From NCBI RefSeq assembly GCF_963921235.1, contig NC_086116.1:29016001-29080000 (forward strand): DNA of 64,000 nucleotides, given 5' to 3'. Positions 60,097 through 64,000 of this stretch are shown in pieces (position 1 is the first letter of the stretch; each line of letters opens with the position of its first letter). The stretch is from Mobula hypostoma. Taxonomy: Eukaryota. The position numbers were made by a program, and so were the translations under genes. Under the pieces are notes generated by a model. It ran no database searches, had not been told where the DNA came from, and saw only the letters and a list, made by a program, of their open reading frames with translations.

Positions 60097-61539
60097 TACC
60101 TCTTCCTAGAGATGCTGCCTGGCCTGCTGCATTCACCAGCAATTTTTATGTGTGTTGCTTGAAATTCCAGCATCTGCAGATTTCCTCATGACCACATAAA
60201 TTTCACTTTGCTTTGACAAATATATCTGTTGTTGTCATCTTCTCTCATTCGTTTGGCATTCTCTCTTATTTTCTCCTTGCATTCATTAAAATTCAAAATA
60301 TCAATGTTTAAGAAACTTGTCATTACCTCTAATAATTCTGCTATAATCGCAGTTGCCATGATTATTGGGTGAGATTTTATCACATTTATGTTATATTCCT
60401 TTCTTCAGTACTTTCCTCCTTTAATAAATTAGCTATTTCCTCCCAAAATACAAGATCAAAGTAATGCAAACTCATCCAGCTGATCTTCCAACAGCAATTT
60501 CCTGTGTCCATGTTCATTTTCTCACTGTTATGTGTGTCGTTTGTACAGTTGCCTGTTTATGTGCTGTCATGATCAGTTTCTCTGACTCAATTACCATTTG
60601 GGCACATGGGATTGGGACTACAGCTCATGTGAAGAAATATTAACATGGAGTGGCTGGACTCAACAACAGCTTCTGTTGTCAACTCCTACTTCTTCAAACT
60701 TCCAGATCAAACGTGCACTTCAACAAATTCTACTCACTTAAGTTTGCTACAGCACCAGAACTTTTACATCATAGTTTTATTTATTTTCCCTGTACGTCTT
60801 CGTTTTAAAGAGGTAGATGTCCTTTCAGTCATTCTATAAATCTGTAAGAAGACTGAAATATTTCCCATCCTTCCAAGCAGGACCACAAAGATTGCAGAAT
60901 AAAGAAGGGTGTGTTTTATTTCCTTGGCTCAAAGTAGTCATGATTTCTGTTTATTGGTTTTCTTCTGGACAATAACTGTACCAAAAGCTTGGTGTAAATA
61001 GCCCATCTCCTGCATCTATAAATATCACCGTTCTCCTGACTCTGACCTTATGTTATTTCAGAGACTATATTTCCTGTTTAAAGCTGAAAAGGTTAAACAA
61101 TGTCCTGATAGATCTAATAACCTAAACACTAAGATGTCATCATTATCTTGATCTTTTGTCAATATGCTGTCATTCTCTATGTAATGGGGCCTTCTCTGTT
61201 TACCCTACCGGGAAATTTTGTTCGCTGTTTGATCTAATGACCTTGTATTTGCTTAAAGTGCACTTGGCCCTTCTCTACACCAATAATATTCATGTTAGGG
61301 CTGCATGACCTGCTGACCTGTCGAAATTACCTCAGTTCTAACACTCTCACCTCTGAAATGTCTAGGGCTTCACCTGATCTCCTCGACGATGTAAAAGCTT
61401 CCTTGGCAATATTTGAGCAAGACCCTTGCAATTTTACAAGCATGCTGACCAACATTTATCCATCAAACAAAAACCATTAAACCAGAATATCTAATCATTT
61501 TTCTCACCTGAAGTCATTACTAAATATGAAACAACTGGT

Positions 61540-62355
61540 GTTCAAAGTTCAAAGTAAATTCATTATTGAAGTACATATATTTCACCATATACAGCCCTGA
61601 GATTTATTTTCTTGCAGGCAAACTCAAAAAATCCAGAGAATAATAACCATAAAAGAATCAGTAAAAGTCTCCATAACTTGGGCATTCAACCAAAGTGCAG
61701 AAGACAACAAACAGTGTAAATACAAAAATAGAGAGATAATAATAAATAAATAAGCAATAAATGTTCAGAACATAGGAAGAAGAGTTCTTGAAAGTGGGAA
61801 TATTTCAGTGATGGGCTATTGAAGTTGAGTGAGATGATCCCCTTTGGTTCAAGGACCTGATTTGTGGGTTAGTAACTGTTCCCAAACCTGGTGGTGTGAG
61901 TTCTAAGGCTCCTGTATCTTCTTCCTGATGACAGCAGTGGGAAGACAGCATAACCTAGGGGTCCCTGATGATAGATGCTATGACCATGCTTAATGGTGGG
62001 GAGGGCTTTACCCGTGATGGACCGGGCAGTATCCATTACTTTTTGGAGGATTTACACTTCAAGAACATTAGAGTTTCCACTCCAGGCTGTGGTGCAGCCA
62101 GTCAATAGCTTCTCCACTACACATCTATAGAAGTTTGTTGAAGTTGTAGATGTCATGCTGAATTTCTGCAAAGGAAGGAGAGGTACAGCTGTACTTTTTT
62201 CGTAATGGCACTTAGGTGCTAGGCCCAGGACGAGTCCTCTGAAATAATAACACTGAGGGATTTAAAGTTGCTGATCCTCTCCACCTCTGATCTTCTGATG
62301 AGGATTGCCTCATGGACCTCCGGCTTCCTTCTCCTGAAGTCAATAATCAGCTCCT
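61540..62355 (-). mobile_element. Rex1/Babar LINE fragment
   Basis: Collinear with 36030-36690; (CTTTGAA)n tail. Confidence 0.85.
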
Positions 62356-62482
62356 ATGCTTCAAAGGTGATCATATTTCCAACAGCTATTGAATTTGGAA
62401 ACTTCTTGGAGCGTTCTGAGAAATTGAGAAGTTTTATCTGAAGTGTGGATGATTTATTTCCAAAATTCCCCATTACTCAAAG

Positions 62483-62565
62483 CTCCCAAATCCCTTTTAA
62501 CTCCCAAATCCCTTTCCGCTCTCAAATCCCTTTCAGCTCCCAAATCTCTTTCTGCTTCCAAATCC
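62483..62565. repeat. 18-bp minisatellite, about 4.6 units
   Basis: CTCCCAAATCCCTTTNNN repeated. Confidence 0.85.
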
Positions 62566-62842
62566 TGGCCAGGGCAACATTTCCAAACTGGAGTGTAAAG
62601 GCAATAAGTTCAATTAATCATGTTGAGTGTTAGGTATAAATGACATGATCATCTGTATCACTGCTTAATCTTTAACCATTTAGTAAAAGTCTCAATGGAA
62701 TTTAATTATGTCTTATTGCACTATGGTTTACAGCGTATTTCTGCTATTTTTTAACATCACTTTTCACGAATAATTAATTCTCTGAAAACTGGAAAGTACC
62801 TCTAATAGTCTGATACTTGGATAGGCATTAGGTTACATTAAA

Positions 62843-63106
62843 AACGCAAACACGAGGAAATCTGCAGATGCTGGAATTTCAAGCAACACATATAAAAGAG
62901 AATTGTAACTGTCCAGCTCTTGGCTCCATCCCTCCCCCTCCTGTCTTCTCCTATCATTTCGGATCTCACCCTCCCCCTCCCACTTACAAATCTCTTACTA
63001 GCTCTTCCTTCAGTTAGTCCTGACGAAGGGTCTCGGCCCGAAACATTGACTGTACCTCTTCCTAGAGATGCTGCCTGGCCTGCTGCGTTCACCAGCAACT
63101 TTTATG
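62843..63106. mobile_element. Miniature inverted Penelope-like insertion with decayed hammerhead (63011-63052)
   Basis: 14-bp TSD TAGGTTACATTAAA at 62829-62842 and 63107-63120; ~55-nt minus arm plus ~200-nt plus arm. Confidence 0.9.
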
Positions 63107-64000
63107 TAGGTTACATTAAACGTTGAATAGACCTTGTCACATTTCGCTAAATCCATTCACAGTGAGAAAGGGTACAGATACAGCAGCAGATAAAAATAAT
63201 CAATACATATAAGTGAGTTATTGAAATGTTAGGATGTGAAAGAGAAGACTGGTGGCTTCCAACTTTATTTTGAAGACACATGAGGCTTTAGATTCTGGGA
63301 TTCAAAGTTCAAAGTACATTTATTATCAAAGTATGTATGCTATTTAAAACCTTGAGAATCATCTCCTTACAGGCAGCTACTAAACAAAGAAACCCAAAAG
63401 AACCCATAAGAAAGAGAAGAATTCTGTAGCAACACAGTAAAAACCTGGAGGAACAGCAGATCAGACAGCATCTACAGAGGGAAATGGACAGTCAATTTCA
63501 TCAGGACTGATATGTTCTAGGTGTATTATCTACATCCAAGTTATATGTCCAATTCCATTATGTATTGACAGTCCTCTCCCTCCAGTATCCAATTTCACTG
63601 CATAATACATTTATTGATTTAAAAATTGGAAACAAAATACTATGAATGCCAAATATATGAATTAAAAACTGCTCCTCAAAAGTAAAATAAGGATTTATGT
63701 GCAAATACAATTCTGTTAGCATTAGCAATTCTCTTATAAAGTACCTTGGAGAACCCCGTTAATATGCACACCCAGTACGTGATCAGCAAGCTGACAGTTC
63801 AATCCGAAAGCAAACCTTCATCTTATAAAATATCATTGATTGGGAACATTCTCTGTTTTCATCTCTCCATAAAAGCTCTTCTTGAGTTTTCTAGTAATTT
63901 CTGGCTTTAACAGATAGAGGGGGAGAATTTGCAGGATGAAAAGCTAGGAAGAAAAATGCCATTTAATTATCACAGTTTAGCAGAAACAAAATGCAATAGT

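Larger units (their letters stand above)
58135..60190. mobile_element. Penelope-like element, inverted pair (short minus arm 58135-~58495, plus arm ~58570-60190)
   Basis: RT ORF 58589-59317 and GIY-YIG ORF to 59711; TSD ACCACATAAA(A)TTT at 58121-58134 and 60191-60203. Confidence 0.95.

Noticed and set aside
59689-60142. ORFs spanning poly-X
   Set aside because: Artefacts of the 140-N gap within a non-coding pseudo-LTR.
1-64000. ORF-track entries as host protein-coding genes; any prokaryotic system such as CRISPR or operons
   Set aside because: Recognisable ORFs are transposon fragments or their antisense frames, and the rest are short with no known motif. There are no regularly spaced repeat-spacer arrays.

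Overview
This is eukaryotic, repeat-rich DNA, most likely from a cartilaginous fish (ray or shark). That assignment is inferred from the repeats present: HE1-like V-SINEs, CR1 and Rex1/Babar LINEs, and Penelope-like elements. No multi-exon host gene, rRNA, tRNA gene or CRISPR array is recognisable, and nearly all ORF-track entries are transposon fragments or chance ORFs. Main contents: many CR1 and Rex1 fragments; a decayed full-length Buster/Charlie hAT transposon (10062-13872) interrupted by an RTE LINE; an internally deleted, young Gypsy-type LTR element with a tRNA-Pro primer site (8711-9954); solo LTRs; a young HERO 3' fragment; and several non-autonomous elements that look RTE-derived. 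Three Penelope-like insertions have inverted structure, target-site duplications (TSDs) and minimal hammerhead ribozyme motifs. Three Tc1/mariner families have doubled or multiplied terminal inverted repeats (TIRs). The best host signal is a 27-nt + strand microexon candidate (57885-57911) with neural-microexon hallmarks, suggesting the window lies inside a large intron-rich gene. Also notable are a composite Tc1 element bounded by palindromic ~67-bp mini-elements and carrying a LINE tail, a 213-bp inverted templated insertion, and a perfect 30-bp hairpin. Family names come from recalled motifs, not database searches, and boundaries without TSDs are approximate.
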